Positions 20,220 to 29,711 of a DNA stretch of 64,000 nt are shown here, in pieces. The stretch comes from an uncultured Chlamydiales bacterium. Its GTDB lineage: Bacteria > Chlamydiota > Chlamydiia > Chlamydiales > Rhabdochlamydiaceae. Under the pieces are notes generated by a model that saw only the letters and a list, made by a program, of their open reading frames with translations, was not told where the DNA came from and made no database searches. Every line of letters starts with the position of its first letter. Positions within the stretch are counted from its first letter, which is position 1. The stretch spans positions 736,001 to 800,000 of the forward strand of contig OY969554.1 in NCBI GenBank assembly GCA_963700985.1, in the 5' to 3' direction. Position numbers and translations under genes: made by a program.

Positions 20220-21949
20220 GCGAAGTCTTAGTCAAAATCGAGCACCTCACCAAAGTTTTCAACCCTGGGGCTCCTCCGGCATTAAAAGACATTAATGCGG
20301 TTATTCCCAAAGGTGAAATCGTCGGTCTTGTGGGCCCCGATGGAGCAGGAAAAACCACCTTAATTCGTCTTATTGCAGGACTTCTTCTCCCCACCCAAGG
20401 GCACATTAGCGTCGATGGTCATGATACGATCCAAGATGCCGAGTTTGTGCACTCTTTAACGGGTTACATGCCACAGAAATTCGGCCTTTATGAAGATCTA
20501 ACAGTTATCGAAAATCTCAACCTTTATGCGGACTTAAAAGGCGTCTTGGGCGAACAAAGAAAAGCTACTTTTGAAAAACTGCTTAAATTCACAGGCCTTG
20601 AGCCTTTTACAAATCGCTTAGCCGGCGACCTTTCTGGGGGCATGAAACAGAAGCTAGGCTTAGCCTGCGCCCTGGTCAAAACGCCAACGTTACTTCTTTT
20701 AGATGAACCAAGCGTGGGTGTTGACCCTCTTTCAAGGCGTGAACTCTGGAAGATGGTGTATGATCTATTAAAAGACGGCATCTCGGTACTTTGGAGCACA
20801 GCCTATTTAGACGAAGCAGAGCGTTGTAACACCGTGCTGCTGCTGCACCAAGGCGAGCTGCTTTACAATGGCAAGCCTCAAGACCTAACTCAAAAGGTGA
20901 AAGATCGCGTTTTTAAAATCTCCAATATCGAAGGTAACCGCCGCGCACTGCTAGTTCAGGCGCTTCACCAAAAGAATGTCATCGACGGGGTGATTCAAGG
21001 CAGAGATGTGCGCATTGTCACCAAAGAGCCAGGATCCTCGGTTGAAATGAGTCAGTTCAGCAGTGCCGGCACAAAGCTACAAATCTTGCCTACGGCGCCG
21101 CGATTTGAAGATGCGTTTGTCGATATTTTAGGCGGAGGCCCGGGCGGCGACTCTGTGCTGGGAAACTTAACCCCTATGGTTAAAAACAAGTCTGAAAATG
21201 TGGTCGTAGCTGACGGGCTGACCAAAAAGTTTGGCTCATTCACTGCGGCTGATCACATTACATTCACCATCCCCAAGGGCGAAATTTTTGGGCTGCTCGG
21301 GCCTAATGGCGCGGGTAAATCGACCACCTTCAAAATGCTCTGTGGGCTGCTTCGCCCCACAGAAGGCAAAGCTTCAGTAAATGGCCTAGATTTTCAAGCC
21401 GCGCCCGGAGAAGCCAGATCGCACATTGGCTATATGGCGCAAAAATTCTCCCTCTACGGAATTTTAAGCGTGCGTCAAAATCTGGATTTTTTTGCAGGGA
21501 TATACAACTTAAGCGGTAGTCAAAAAAGTAAAGCTATCGATGAGATGATCCGCGCATTTAATTTAGAGCCCTACTTAAATACCACGGCCAATTTATTACC
21601 ACTTGGCTTCAAACAGCGCCTTGCACTGGCCTGCGCTACCATGCACCATCCTGAAGTATTATTTCTCGATGAACCTACTTCTGGAGTCGATCCAATTACT
21701 CGCCGTGAATTTTGGAATCATATCAACGGGCTAGTAGAAAAAGGTGTAACTGTGATGGTTACCACTCATTTTATGGATGAAGCAGAATATTGCGATCGCA
21801 TTGCACTTATTTACCGAGGAAAAGTGATCCATATTGGCGCGCCGGATGCCTTAAAAGAGATCGCTAAATCTGAGCAGCTGCCAAATCCGACATTAGAAGA
21901 TGCTTTTATAAAACTTATAGAAGAGTATGACGCAAAAAACCCAAGCTGA
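20216..21949 (+). CDS. ybhF: ABC exporter ATP-binding protein with two NBDs (YbhF-like)
   Basis: GPDGAGKTT, LSGGMKQK, second GPNGAGKST, LDEPTSGVD. Confidence 0.93.
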   Translation: MSEVLVKIEHLTKVFNPGAPPALKDINAVIPKGEIVGLVGPDGAGKTTLIRLIAGLLLPTQGHISVDGHDTIQDAEFVHSLTGYMPQKFGLYEDLTVIENLNLYADLKGVLGEQRKATFEKLLKFTGLEPFTNRLAGDLSGGMKQKLGLACALVKTPTLLLLDEPSVGVDPLSRRELWKMVYDLLKDGISVLWSTAYLDEAERCNTVLLLHQGELLYNGKPQDLTQKVKDRVFKISNIEGNRRALLVQALHQKNVIDGVIQGRDVRIVTKEPGSSVEMSQFSSAGTKLQILPTAPRFEDAFVDILGGGPGGDSVLGNLTPMVKNKSENVVVADGLTKKFGSFTAADHITFTIPKGEIFGLLGPNGAGKSTTFKMLCGLLRPTEGKASVNGLDFQAAPGEARSHIGYMAQKFSLYGILSVRQNLDFFAGIYNLSGSQKSKAIDEMIRAFNLEPYLNTTANLLPLGFKQRLALACATMHHPEVLFLDEPTSGVDPITRREFWNHINGLVEKGVTVMVTTHFMDEAEYCDRIALIYRGKVIHIGAPDALKEIAKSEQLPNPTLEDAFIKLIEEYDAKNPS

Positions 21950-23093
21950 AGATCTTAAGACGGAAAGGCGTCAAGGTAGATTGCGCAGGTTAAAGGCGCT
22001 CATTACCAAAGAGACTTTCCAGATTGTACGCGATCCTAGCACCATTTTAATTAGTGTATTTTTGCCACTTCTTTTGATGTTTTTATATGGATATGGGGTC
22101 TCTTTAGATTTAGACCATCTTAGAATCGGGCTTGTTTTAGAAGATACAGCACCTGATGCTCAGCGTTTTGCTGCGTCTTTAACAAATTCACCGTATTTCG
22201 ATGTAAAGACGGTGCGTGATCGCAGAGAACTCATCGACGATCTTATGAGTGGCGCTATCCGCGGCTTTGTCGTTGTGCCCTCCTACTTCTCGCAGTTTAG
22301 AGAACGTCCTAACGTTATCGCTCCTATTCAAGTCATCGCAGATGGCAGCGAAGCGAACACAGCTAATTTTGTGCAATATTATGTACAAGGCGCCTTTCAG
22401 ACTTGGTTGCAACAAGAAGCGATCAGCTATAACTTAACGGGCCTTCCTTTAATTAATGTGCAGTCACGCTTCTGGTATAATGAACAGCTGGAGAGCCGCT
22501 TTTTTCTTCTTTCTGGCTCACTAGCTATCATCATGACACTCATCGGGACTCTTTTAACTGCGCTTGTCGTTTCTCGTGAATGGGAAAGAGGCACCATGGA
22601 AGCCTTGATGTCTACCACCGTGGGCGCAGCAGAACTCGTAATCGGCAAGGTGATTCCCTATTTTATCCTCGGAATGCTTTCCATGACGATCTGCGTACTA
22701 GTTTCTGTTTTTGTTTACGGCTTGCCTTTAGAAGGTTCATTTCTGCTTCTTGGGCTTGTCTCTGCTGTATTCCTCTTTTGTGCACTGGGATTGGGCCTGA
22801 TGATCTCTACTCTTTGCCGCAGCCAGATTGTCGCCTCTCAGATCGCAATCGTTACAGGTTTTTTGCCCGCATACATCCTTTCTGGATTTCTCTTTGAGAT
22901 CGATAGTATGCCCGTGCCAATTCAGATTCTAACTTACATCATTCCTGCAAAATACTTCGTGCAATGCTTGCAGGCGCTTTTTCTGGTGGGCAACGTGTGG
23001 CGATTGATCTTGTTGAATATGATCCCGATGCTCTTAATCGGTTCGGTGTTTTTCCTGATTACGGCACGCAAAACAGTTAAACGGCTAGACTAA
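21927..23093 (+). CDS. ybhS: ABC-2 type permease (YbhS-like)
   Basis: KETFQIVRDPS, REWERGTMEAL, multiple TM helices. Confidence 0.9.
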   Translation: MTQKTQAEDLKTERRQGRLRRLKALITKETFQIVRDPSTILISVFLPLLLMFLYGYGVSLDLDHLRIGLVLEDTAPDAQRFAASLTNSPYFDVKTVRDRRELIDDLMSGAIRGFVVVPSYFSQFRERPNVIAPIQVIADGSEANTANFVQYYVQGAFQTWLQQEAISYNLTGLPLINVQSRFWYNEQLESRFFLLSGSLAIIMTLIGTLLTALVVSREWERGTMEALMSTTVGAAELVIGKVIPYFILGMLSMTICVLVSVFVYGLPLEGSFLLLGLVSAVFLFCALGLGLMISTLCRSQIVASQIAIVTGFLPAYILSGFLFEIDSMPVPIQILTYIIPAKYFVQCLQALFLVGNVWRLILLNMIPMLLIGSVFFLITARKTVKRLD

Positions 23094-23095
23094 CT

Positions 23096-24205
23096 ATGTT
23101 AAACCGCATTTTATCACTGATCTGGAAAGAGCTGCTGGCCGCCTTTCGCGATCCGCGCAGTCGCGTCTCAATTCTCATGCCTCCGCTGATTCAATTACTA
23201 ATTTTCACCTATGCTGCCACCTTAGATGTTAAAAATGTGCCCATCGGCATTCTAAATCGCGATAATGGAGAACAAGCCTTCGAACTGCTTGAGCGCTTTC
23301 ACGGCGCGCCAATTTTTACGAAAATCATCTACTTAAAAGGGGTCGAAGAGATCGCGCCTTTTATGGACAACCAGAAAGGTGTAATGATTGTTTCGATCGA
23401 TGAACAGTTTTCACGTAATCTCGACGCACGTAAACCTACAGATATCCAACTGATCTTCGATGGAAGAAAATCGAATACTTGCCAGATTTTAGCTGGTTAT
23501 ACAGGTCAAATCATCGATCAATTTTATCAAGATTTTGCAACTAGGACCGAGATTAAACAGCAGAATACACAGTTATTTCCTCGGATGTGGTTTAATCCAA
23601 ACATCCTCTATTACTGGTATAACATCTCATCTCTGGTGAGCACACTCACCATGATCGCCTGCTTGGTTGTCACAACACAATCGGTAGCTCGTGAAAGAGA
23701 GCTGGGGACGTTTGATCAGCTTCTTGTATCGCCTCTTGTGCCCATCGAAATCCTCATCGGTAAAATTGTTCCCGGGATCATCGTGGGAATGGCCGAAGGA
23801 ACGCTTCTATTAGCTGTAGGCACGCTGCTCATGGGTGTGCCCTTCACAGGATCATTGGCGCTTTTCTTTTTAAGCCAGTTTGTATTTGTTGCAGCTATTA
23901 GCGGCGTGGGTTTGTTTATCTCCTCTCTATGCTCAACTCAGCAACAAGCTACGCTCGGCACCTTCATCTTTATGATGCCCGCAGTATTGCTTTCAGGTTA
24001 CGCTACACCCATTGAAAATATGCCCACCTGGCTGCAACCCGTGACCTATATCATCCCTTTGCGCTATATGTTGATTATCACCAAGGGGCTATTCCTCAAA
24101 GCACTGCCCGCTAAAGTCGTGCTGAGCAACATTTGGCCTATGATCGTCATCGCATTTTTTACCCTTGTAGGTGCAGGTGTGTTTTTCCGCAGGAGGCTAG
24201 AGTGA
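23096..24205 (+). CDS. ybhR: ABC-2 type permease (YbhR-like)
   Basis: ARERELGTFDQLLVSP, LLSGYATPIENMP. Confidence 0.9.
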   Translation: MLNRILSLIWKELLAAFRDPRSRVSILMPPLIQLLIFTYAATLDVKNVPIGILNRDNGEQAFELLERFHGAPIFTKIIYLKGVEEIAPFMDNQKGVMIVSIDEQFSRNLDARKPTDIQLIFDGRKSNTCQILAGYTGQIIDQFYQDFATRTEIKQQNTQLFPRMWFNPNILYYWYNISSLVSTLTMIACLVVTTQSVARERELGTFDQLLVSPLVPIEILIGKIVPGIIVGMAEGTLLLAVGTLLMGVPFTGSLALFFLSQFVFVAAISGVGLFISSLCSTQQQATLGTFIFMMPAVLLSGYATPIENMPTWLQPVTYIIPLRYMLIITKGLFLKALPAKVVLSNIWPMIVIAFFTLVGAGVFFRRRLE

Positions 24206-25737
24206 AAAGATCGCTTAAAAAATGGCTCTACATCTCACTTAGTGCAACGCTCGGCAGTTGCATGGTTGGACCTAACTATAAGCCTCCAGAAGATACTATC
24301 TCTGAAGAGTGGAATGGCACGCCCGAAAACACAGATGCTCATTTTACTGATGCCGATTTTAATACTGCTTGGTGGCAAGTTTTTGAAGATAAAACTCTTG
24401 ATATGTGCATAGAGCTTGCCGCTAACAACAATAAAACGTTGATGGTTGCAGAAGCCAATATTCTGCATGCACGCGCCCTAAAAATGGTGGCCGCAGCTCC
24501 CCTCTTTCCACAAATCAATGCGGATTTCAACGCCACCAAAACCTATTTCAGTAAAAATGGACCGATCTTTGCGGCTAGCACCTTCACACAAGGCACAAAT
24601 CCAACCACTGGCCTGCCCTTCGAAGTCGAAGTCCCCCAGATCCAGCCGTTGTATAACGCGCTCTTTGATGCCTCTTGGGAGATCGATCTCTTTGGCAAAA
24701 CACGCCGCAACGTCGAGGCAGCAGAAGCCAAAATTGGCTCAGCGATTGAACTCAGAAATGATGTTCTGGTTTCACTGCTGGCAGAGGTTGCCAAAAATTA
24801 TATCGAGATCCGCAGCAATCAAAGACAAGCGGAGTTGGTGGAAAGAAATATTCATCTTTTGGAAAAGCAGTCTGAGATTACGCGCAAAAGCTTTCAAAAA
24901 GGATTAGATAATCAACTAGATTATGAAAATATTGAAGCCCAACTTGCTAGCGCACGCTCTACTCTTCCCAACCTCATTGCACAAGTTTATCAAGGGATCT
25001 ATGTCATCAGTGTCTTAACAGGTAATATGCCTGAAGAATTGTTAGATGAACTGCTGCCTATAAAGCCCTTACCAAAACTGCCAGAAGAGATCGCTATCGG
25101 CATCCGCTCAGACCTCCTGCGTCGCAGGCCCGACGTGCGCCTTGCAGAACGCGTGCTTGCAGCGTCTACTGCCACAGTCGGTGTGGCCGTCGCATCGTTC
25201 TATCCTACCATTACGCTTAGTGGTGACGGAGGTTTTCAATCGTTAAAAATCGGCAACCTCTTCCGTATGCATAGCAGAACCTGGTCGGTCGGTGGCGACA
25301 TCAATCTCCCCGTCTTTCAAGGCGGACGCCTTGTGGGCAACCTGCGTGCTAGCCGAGCCGTTGCCGAAGGCGCAGCCTATGCGTATCAGCAAGCCGTTTT
25401 ATCCGCCGTACAAGAAGCAGAAAGCGCACTTGTCTCTTATTCTGAACAGCTCGTTACTACGCATGCGCTTGCCGAGGTCACTCAGCGCAATCGCACTCTC
25501 GTGGCACTTACCAAACAAAGACATGAAAAAGGCCTAGTGAACTTACCCACTCTTCTAACCAGCGAACAGCTACTGATCACAGCCGAAATAAGCCAGCTCA
25601 ATAGCGATACCACGGCACTTACCGATCTCGTCTCGCTTTATAAAGCTTTAGGCGGCGGCTGGGAGCCAGTTGAGGAAGAGAAGAGCGCGGAGGGAGCAAC
25701 CGACGAAGTGGACGTGAATGAACAGGAAATGGACTAA
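24202..25737 (+). CDS. NodT/OprM-family outer membrane efflux lipoprotein
   Basis: GTG start overlapping ybhR stop; lipobox LGSC-MVGPNY; SWEIDLFG, LLRRRPDV, LYKALGGGW. Confidence 0.92.
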   Translation: MKRSLKKWLYISLSATLGSCMVGPNYKPPEDTISEEWNGTPENTDAHFTDADFNTAWWQVFEDKTLDMCIELAANNNKTLMVAEANILHARALKMVAAAPLFPQINADFNATKTYFSKNGPIFAASTFTQGTNPTTGLPFEVEVPQIQPLYNALFDASWEIDLFGKTRRNVEAAEAKIGSAIELRNDVLVSLLAEVAKNYIEIRSNQRQAELVERNIHLLEKQSEITRKSFQKGLDNQLDYENIEAQLASARSTLPNLIAQVYQGIYVISVLTGNMPEELLDELLPIKPLPKLPEEIAIGIRSDLLRRRPDVRLAERVLAASTATVGVAVASFYPTITLSGDGGFQSLKIGNLFRMHSRTWSVGGDINLPVFQGGRLVGNLRASRAVAEGAAYAYQQAVLSAVQEAESALVSYSEQLVTTHALAEVTQRNRTLVALTKQRHEKGLVNLPTLLTSEQLLITAEISQLNSDTTALTDLVSLYKALGGGWEPVEEEKSAEGATDEVDVNEQEMD

Positions 25738-25807
25738 ATGGACCCGCGCAGAAGATCCGTTTTTCCATTTAAAGGCGGGATCCACCGTCTTCATCAGGCA
25801 ACAATTA

Positions 25808-26383
25808 TTACGGGTTCACGATGTAAAAGGTGCTTCCTAAACAGCTGAATTGCTTAGATGCTGGTATGGGCATGTCTCTAAAGGCGGATTTAAACTGATC
25901 TGGTGTCATTTGTTGCAGGCTATTGACAAGACCATTATCTTGGGTAATGCGCCAACGCGTATCGTAAAGTGGATCACATATATTCCAGCAATAAGCGCTT
26001 AAAAAAGAGATGAACTTTTTAAAAACAGCGATAATCACTGTAATAATACTTGTCTCCCACTCCAAGTTGTCCGTGCTTTCATAGTAGCGACGCAATATAT
26101 TAACTGCTTCTAGTCCATGTCGCCTGCTTGTAATATTATAATCGCTTCTAGCAAATTCTCTTTGGCAGACTTCAATAAATCTGCTTGCAAACTCATCAAG
26201 AGATACTGATTCACTGGGCTTTCCCCATTGTGTAATGGGCGGGTCCCATTGCGCACACGAATGTCCATCACACGAAAGTGACTTTGTTCCCCAAAAACTA
26301 ACGCTTTCTCTCGAAACCATCAAAATCTCTAAAAAATCGCTTAGCCTTACATAGGGATCTTGAATTACATCCGACAATAACAT
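25808..26383 (-). CDS. Hypothetical protein
   Basis: 191-aa ORF with plausible RBS; no recognisable motif. Confidence 0.6.
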   Translation of the reverse strand: MLLSDVIQDPYVRLSDFLEILMVSRESVSFWGTKSLSCDGHSCAQWDPPITQWGKPSESVSLDEFASRFIEVCQREFARSDYNITSRRHGLEAVNILRRYYESTDNLEWETSIITVIIAVFKKFISFLSAYCWNICDPLYDTRWRITQDNGLVNSLQQMTPDQFKSAFRDMPIPASKQFSCLGSTFYIVNP

Positions 26384-26466
26384 AAATCCACCCTTAAATT
26401 TTAAAAATATGAAGATCCATTATTTGGACCCGAATTGGAGTTTTGCAACTGGCTCTGTAGCGTTTT

Positions 26467-28380
26467 TTATCCTATGAATTCTTTAATCAGGGTGATTAGG
26501 TGTGACGAGTAAATGATGCAATACTCGTGTCCTCGAGCAATGGGAACATCGGAACCGAAAGTGTTAGAATCTAAAATACCTTGAATAAGATCTCTTCGAA
26601 AATATCTATTCGAGTCGAAGCAGGATAGAATTGTTGCTTCGAGCTCATCTTTTGCCTTGGTGCGATATTTTTGCTGCTCTTCGGGAACCCATTCTTTGAC
26701 AACTTCCGCGGCCTGATCTCTTATTCCTCTAGAATAACGAGAAAAACTGCTTTTCATAGGACGATCAGCGTAAAACGTCCTAGGCTCCATAACAGTCAGT
26801 CCTTTAACAAAGTTAACTCGCTGATTAACAAAATCATTACTTAGGAAGCTTTGCGATTTAGACAGATAGCTGTGATAAAGAGTTTCCACAATATCGCCAA
26901 CTAATCCTCTCTCTTCCAAATTTTTCAGTACAATTCTAGTCACCCCATCCAATCTATTACGTCCGGGCATCTCTGTCACGTAAGACCAAGGAAAATCAAT
27001 TAGGGGTCTGTATGGTTGAAGTTGAAGTCCTTCTTCTTTGTGTGCTGCACGAGCTACCTGCACACAAAAGTTAGCCCCTTCACCCCGACCAGCTTGTGAT
27101 CCCCATAATTCCCATTTCTTTTTTGGCTTAAGTGCATTGTGCGCCTCCCAAAGTTTCATCTCTTTATCTCTTCCATTATTTTCATAGAGAGAAAGAAAAA
27201 GCGCGCATTCAGGAGGGTAAAGGACATCTCTTCCATAAATGGTAAAAGTTGCTTGTGCTGATTTAAAAACACTCTCAAGCTTTCTAATTGCTTGTAAAAA
27301 CGGCTTCACCGTACGTCTGTCTAGATCATCGGCTACAAAGGGCTTTTTCTTTTTGCTCGTAATTGCTCTAACTTCATCTTGCAGTTTTTCATAGTGATCT
27401 AAAGCAGAATGAATATCTTGTGAGCGCGACATACTGTTCTTAAGAACATAGATATTTCTGGAAATGATCCCTTTAAACTTGTCATGCAAAGGCGACACCT
27501 CCTGCAAATCGTCTGGAAAGCACTGATAGTGAACAGTAAAACTTCTGCTCGCTAAAGAGAAAGCCGTTTTGGCCATTCTGTCATATTCATTTTCAATCTT
27601 AACGCCTATCAATTCCAACTTCGACAGTATATTTTCTGGGGAGGAAATGTTATACCCATAGAAGCCTCCAGTAATCACTGCAGCCTCTTTTTTTTGCCAG
27701 TGATCTACCAATTTTTTTAAAGCTTCTTTTGTAATTTCCGTATCTGGGTCGAGAAATAGAAGTCTGACAGTTGAATTTGATAGCTTTTGCGCTCCATCTA
27801 TTGCCTCGCCAATAGCTTTTTTTGTCTGATCGCTATAGAGAAGCTTATTTCTAATCTCTACAAAATTAGTCTCTCCTTTGGCTGGCTTCCAGGCATATCC
27901 AACAACTGATACAGATTTCACATTCTTCCACTCTTCTTTGGCTAAACGTACATTGAGCTGTTCTGCATCTTGTTCAACTGAGCTACCTTGGTTACCATTT
28001 GATGAACGATTCAAGCCAAAAACCACAAAAAACGGGAAGTCACTCGAGTCTATTCCTTCTAGCATATTGAGACACTTTCTTATGCTCTCCCAAGCTTGCT
28101 GTGTATCTTTAAACTGTATTGGAACATTAACCACGATTTTGATGTGGCCAAAGCGGCGAGAAGTCGCATCGAATGCTGGCGCTAAGTTTATAACTCTAGA
28201 ATTTACGAGGGAATTATCGTGAGAGATATTGAGATCTCTTACTATATCTGGATCATCTGGTAATGGTAGGCGTTCTGATTGAGGATCGTATTGTCGAACT
28301 ACTGGCTCTGCATAGGGTTCTTCAGGCAGGGGCAACATTTCCCGACCATAATTTTGACCCTGACCAATTCTTGTCGACAT
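26467..28380 (-). CDS. Hypothetical protein with putative GT-A glycosyltransferase domain
   Basis: NFVEIRNKLL...VRLLFLDPDTEITKEAL (DxD-type motif in GT2-like context). Confidence 0.6.
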   Translation of the reverse strand: MSTRIGQGQNYGREMLPLPEEPYAEPVVRQYDPQSERLPLPDDPDIVRDLNISHDNSLVNSRVINLAPAFDATSRRFGHIKIVVNVPIQFKDTQQAWESIRKCLNMLEGIDSSDFPFFVVFGLNRSSNGNQGSSVEQDAEQLNVRLAKEEWKNVKSVSVVGYAWKPAKGETNFVEIRNKLLYSDQTKKAIGEAIDGAQKLSNSTVRLLFLDPDTEITKEALKKLVDHWQKKEAAVITGGFYGYNISSPENILSKLELIGVKIENEYDRMAKTAFSLASRSFTVHYQCFPDDLQEVSPLHDKFKGIISRNIYVLKNSMSRSQDIHSALDHYEKLQDEVRAITSKKKKPFVADDLDRRTVKPFLQAIRKLESVFKSAQATFTIYGRDVLYPPECALFLSLYENNGRDKEMKLWEAHNALKPKKKWELWGSQAGRGEGANFCVQVARAAHKEEGLQLQPYRPLIDFPWSYVTEMPGRNRLDGVTRIVLKNLEERGLVGDIVETLYHSYLSKSQSFLSNDFVNQRVNFVKGLTVMEPRTFYADRPMKSSFSRYSRGIRDQAAEVVKEWVPEEQQKYRTKAKDELEATILSCFDSNRYFRRDLIQGILDSNTFGSDVPIARGHEYCIIYSSHLITLIKEFIG

Positions 28381-28462
28381 AGAAGATCCAACTTGCAGTA
28401 TTAAATTGTATTTAAAAAAGGGGAAGATGTTAAGGCAGCAAGAATTTATTTACAATGAGTAG

Positions 28463-28554
28463 AAACAACCTAAACGACAATGATCATTATCTCTTGTCGT
28501 TTTGGTCTTTAAGGTCGTTTGTGTCCTTAATGTCCTTTCTCCACTTCGTCCATT
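28463..28554. repeat. 9-bp-period GTC/GAC repeat with partial palindrome
   Basis: GTC at 28496, 28505, 28514, 28523, 28532; AAACGACAA/TTGTCGTTT inverted pair. Confidence 0.7.
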
Positions 28555-28572
28555 ATTCTTCCCGCACTCTCT

Positions 28573-29706
28573 TTATTCACGAGAATCTTTTTCGACGAGT
28601 TCCATATCATCTTTGCTCGAACTTTTTGCATTAGCAAACAAGGACGCTTCCCACTGAGCGAGCTTGGGTGTGGGTGGAGAGGGTGGTCGCTCTGGCAGCG
28701 ATTCCTCAGCTTCTCTTATTTTCTTTTTCAGCAATGCGTTAGCTTTACTTGCTATCTCTTCTCGCTGCTGCGTAGATTGAATGTTGGGCGTGCTTCTCTG
28801 GTATTTCAGATGAGGATAGGGCCCGGGGTAGCATTGCAATGCGCCAAGGATCTTTCCAAAAAAACCCGTGATCTTTGCGAGATAATTGATGTTCCACTCT
28901 AAAAACGAAAAATATGATCCATAAAACTTCAATAATGATGGACCATCAGCAAGGGTGGCTACAAGTGGCTTGTCGTTAAACAAATTGGGAAATTCAATCT
29001 TTGAGGCTTTTCTTTTGATCTGCTCACGTTGCTGATCTAAAAAATAGCAATCACCCATGAAATTCCTTTGCCGTTTATATGGATTACATCTTTCAAAAAG
29101 CCGTAGAAAAATCGCATAGTCTTGTGCATAGCCTGTTTGTGCAATGTCTCCTTCAATACTCTCTTGCTTGACAACAAGCAGCCCTCGATCCTCATCTCGG
29201 GTAGTAAGAAGACGATCGATGAATTTCCATATAAGATCGCGCACTCGACGAGAAGCTAGTTTCTCGGGGTCTTCTAAAAAATCCAGAAAATGAGACGCAA
29301 ACCTTACGGCATATTTCTGATATTTTTCAGTTAGGATAAAACTCTCTTTTCGAAGACGCGAAGTTTGCTCATTGATGAAATTTTGTATAGGCGTCTCTCG
29401 AGCATCTTGCTCTCTATCAAAAAGATCAAGTTTAGGAAGTTTAGAACAATCAAATATTGTAGGTGGGTGTTCCTTTCCAAAACCCTTCAAAATTTCCTGT
29501 AACTTCAGATGGTCAGGAAGGCACTGCTTACTTTGAATATCGGCCACATGAGTCTTAACAGATTTGAAAGCAGATGAAATCTTATGTTTCGTGTGCTCGA
29601 TCTTGTGTTCCCGGTCTGAAAAATCTCGTTGAGGTATTTCTAAGGGAGCAAGTCGAAAATTCATTGCATTAGAGCGACGAAGAACTGCATCTGAAGGGAA
29701 AGCCAT
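28573..29706 (-). CDS. Hypothetical protein
   Basis: 377-aa ORF, Pro-rich C-terminus (PERPPSPPTP), no recognisable family. Confidence 0.7.
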   Translation of the reverse strand: MAFPSDAVLRRSNAMNFRLAPLEIPQRDFSDREHKIEHTKHKISSAFKSVKTHVADIQSKQCLPDHLKLQEILKGFGKEHPPTIFDCSKLPKLDLFDREQDARETPIQNFINEQTSRLRKESFILTEKYQKYAVRFASHFLDFLEDPEKLASRRVRDLIWKFIDRLLTTRDEDRGLLVVKQESIEGDIAQTGYAQDYAIFLRLFERCNPYKRQRNFMGDCYFLDQQREQIKRKASKIEFPNLFNDKPLVATLADGPSLLKFYGSYFSFLEWNINYLAKITGFFGKILGALQCYPGPYPHLKYQRSTPNIQSTQQREEIASKANALLKKKIREAEESLPERPPSPPTPKLAQWEASLFANAKSSSKDDMELVEKDSRE

Positions 29707-29711
29707 AGTTT

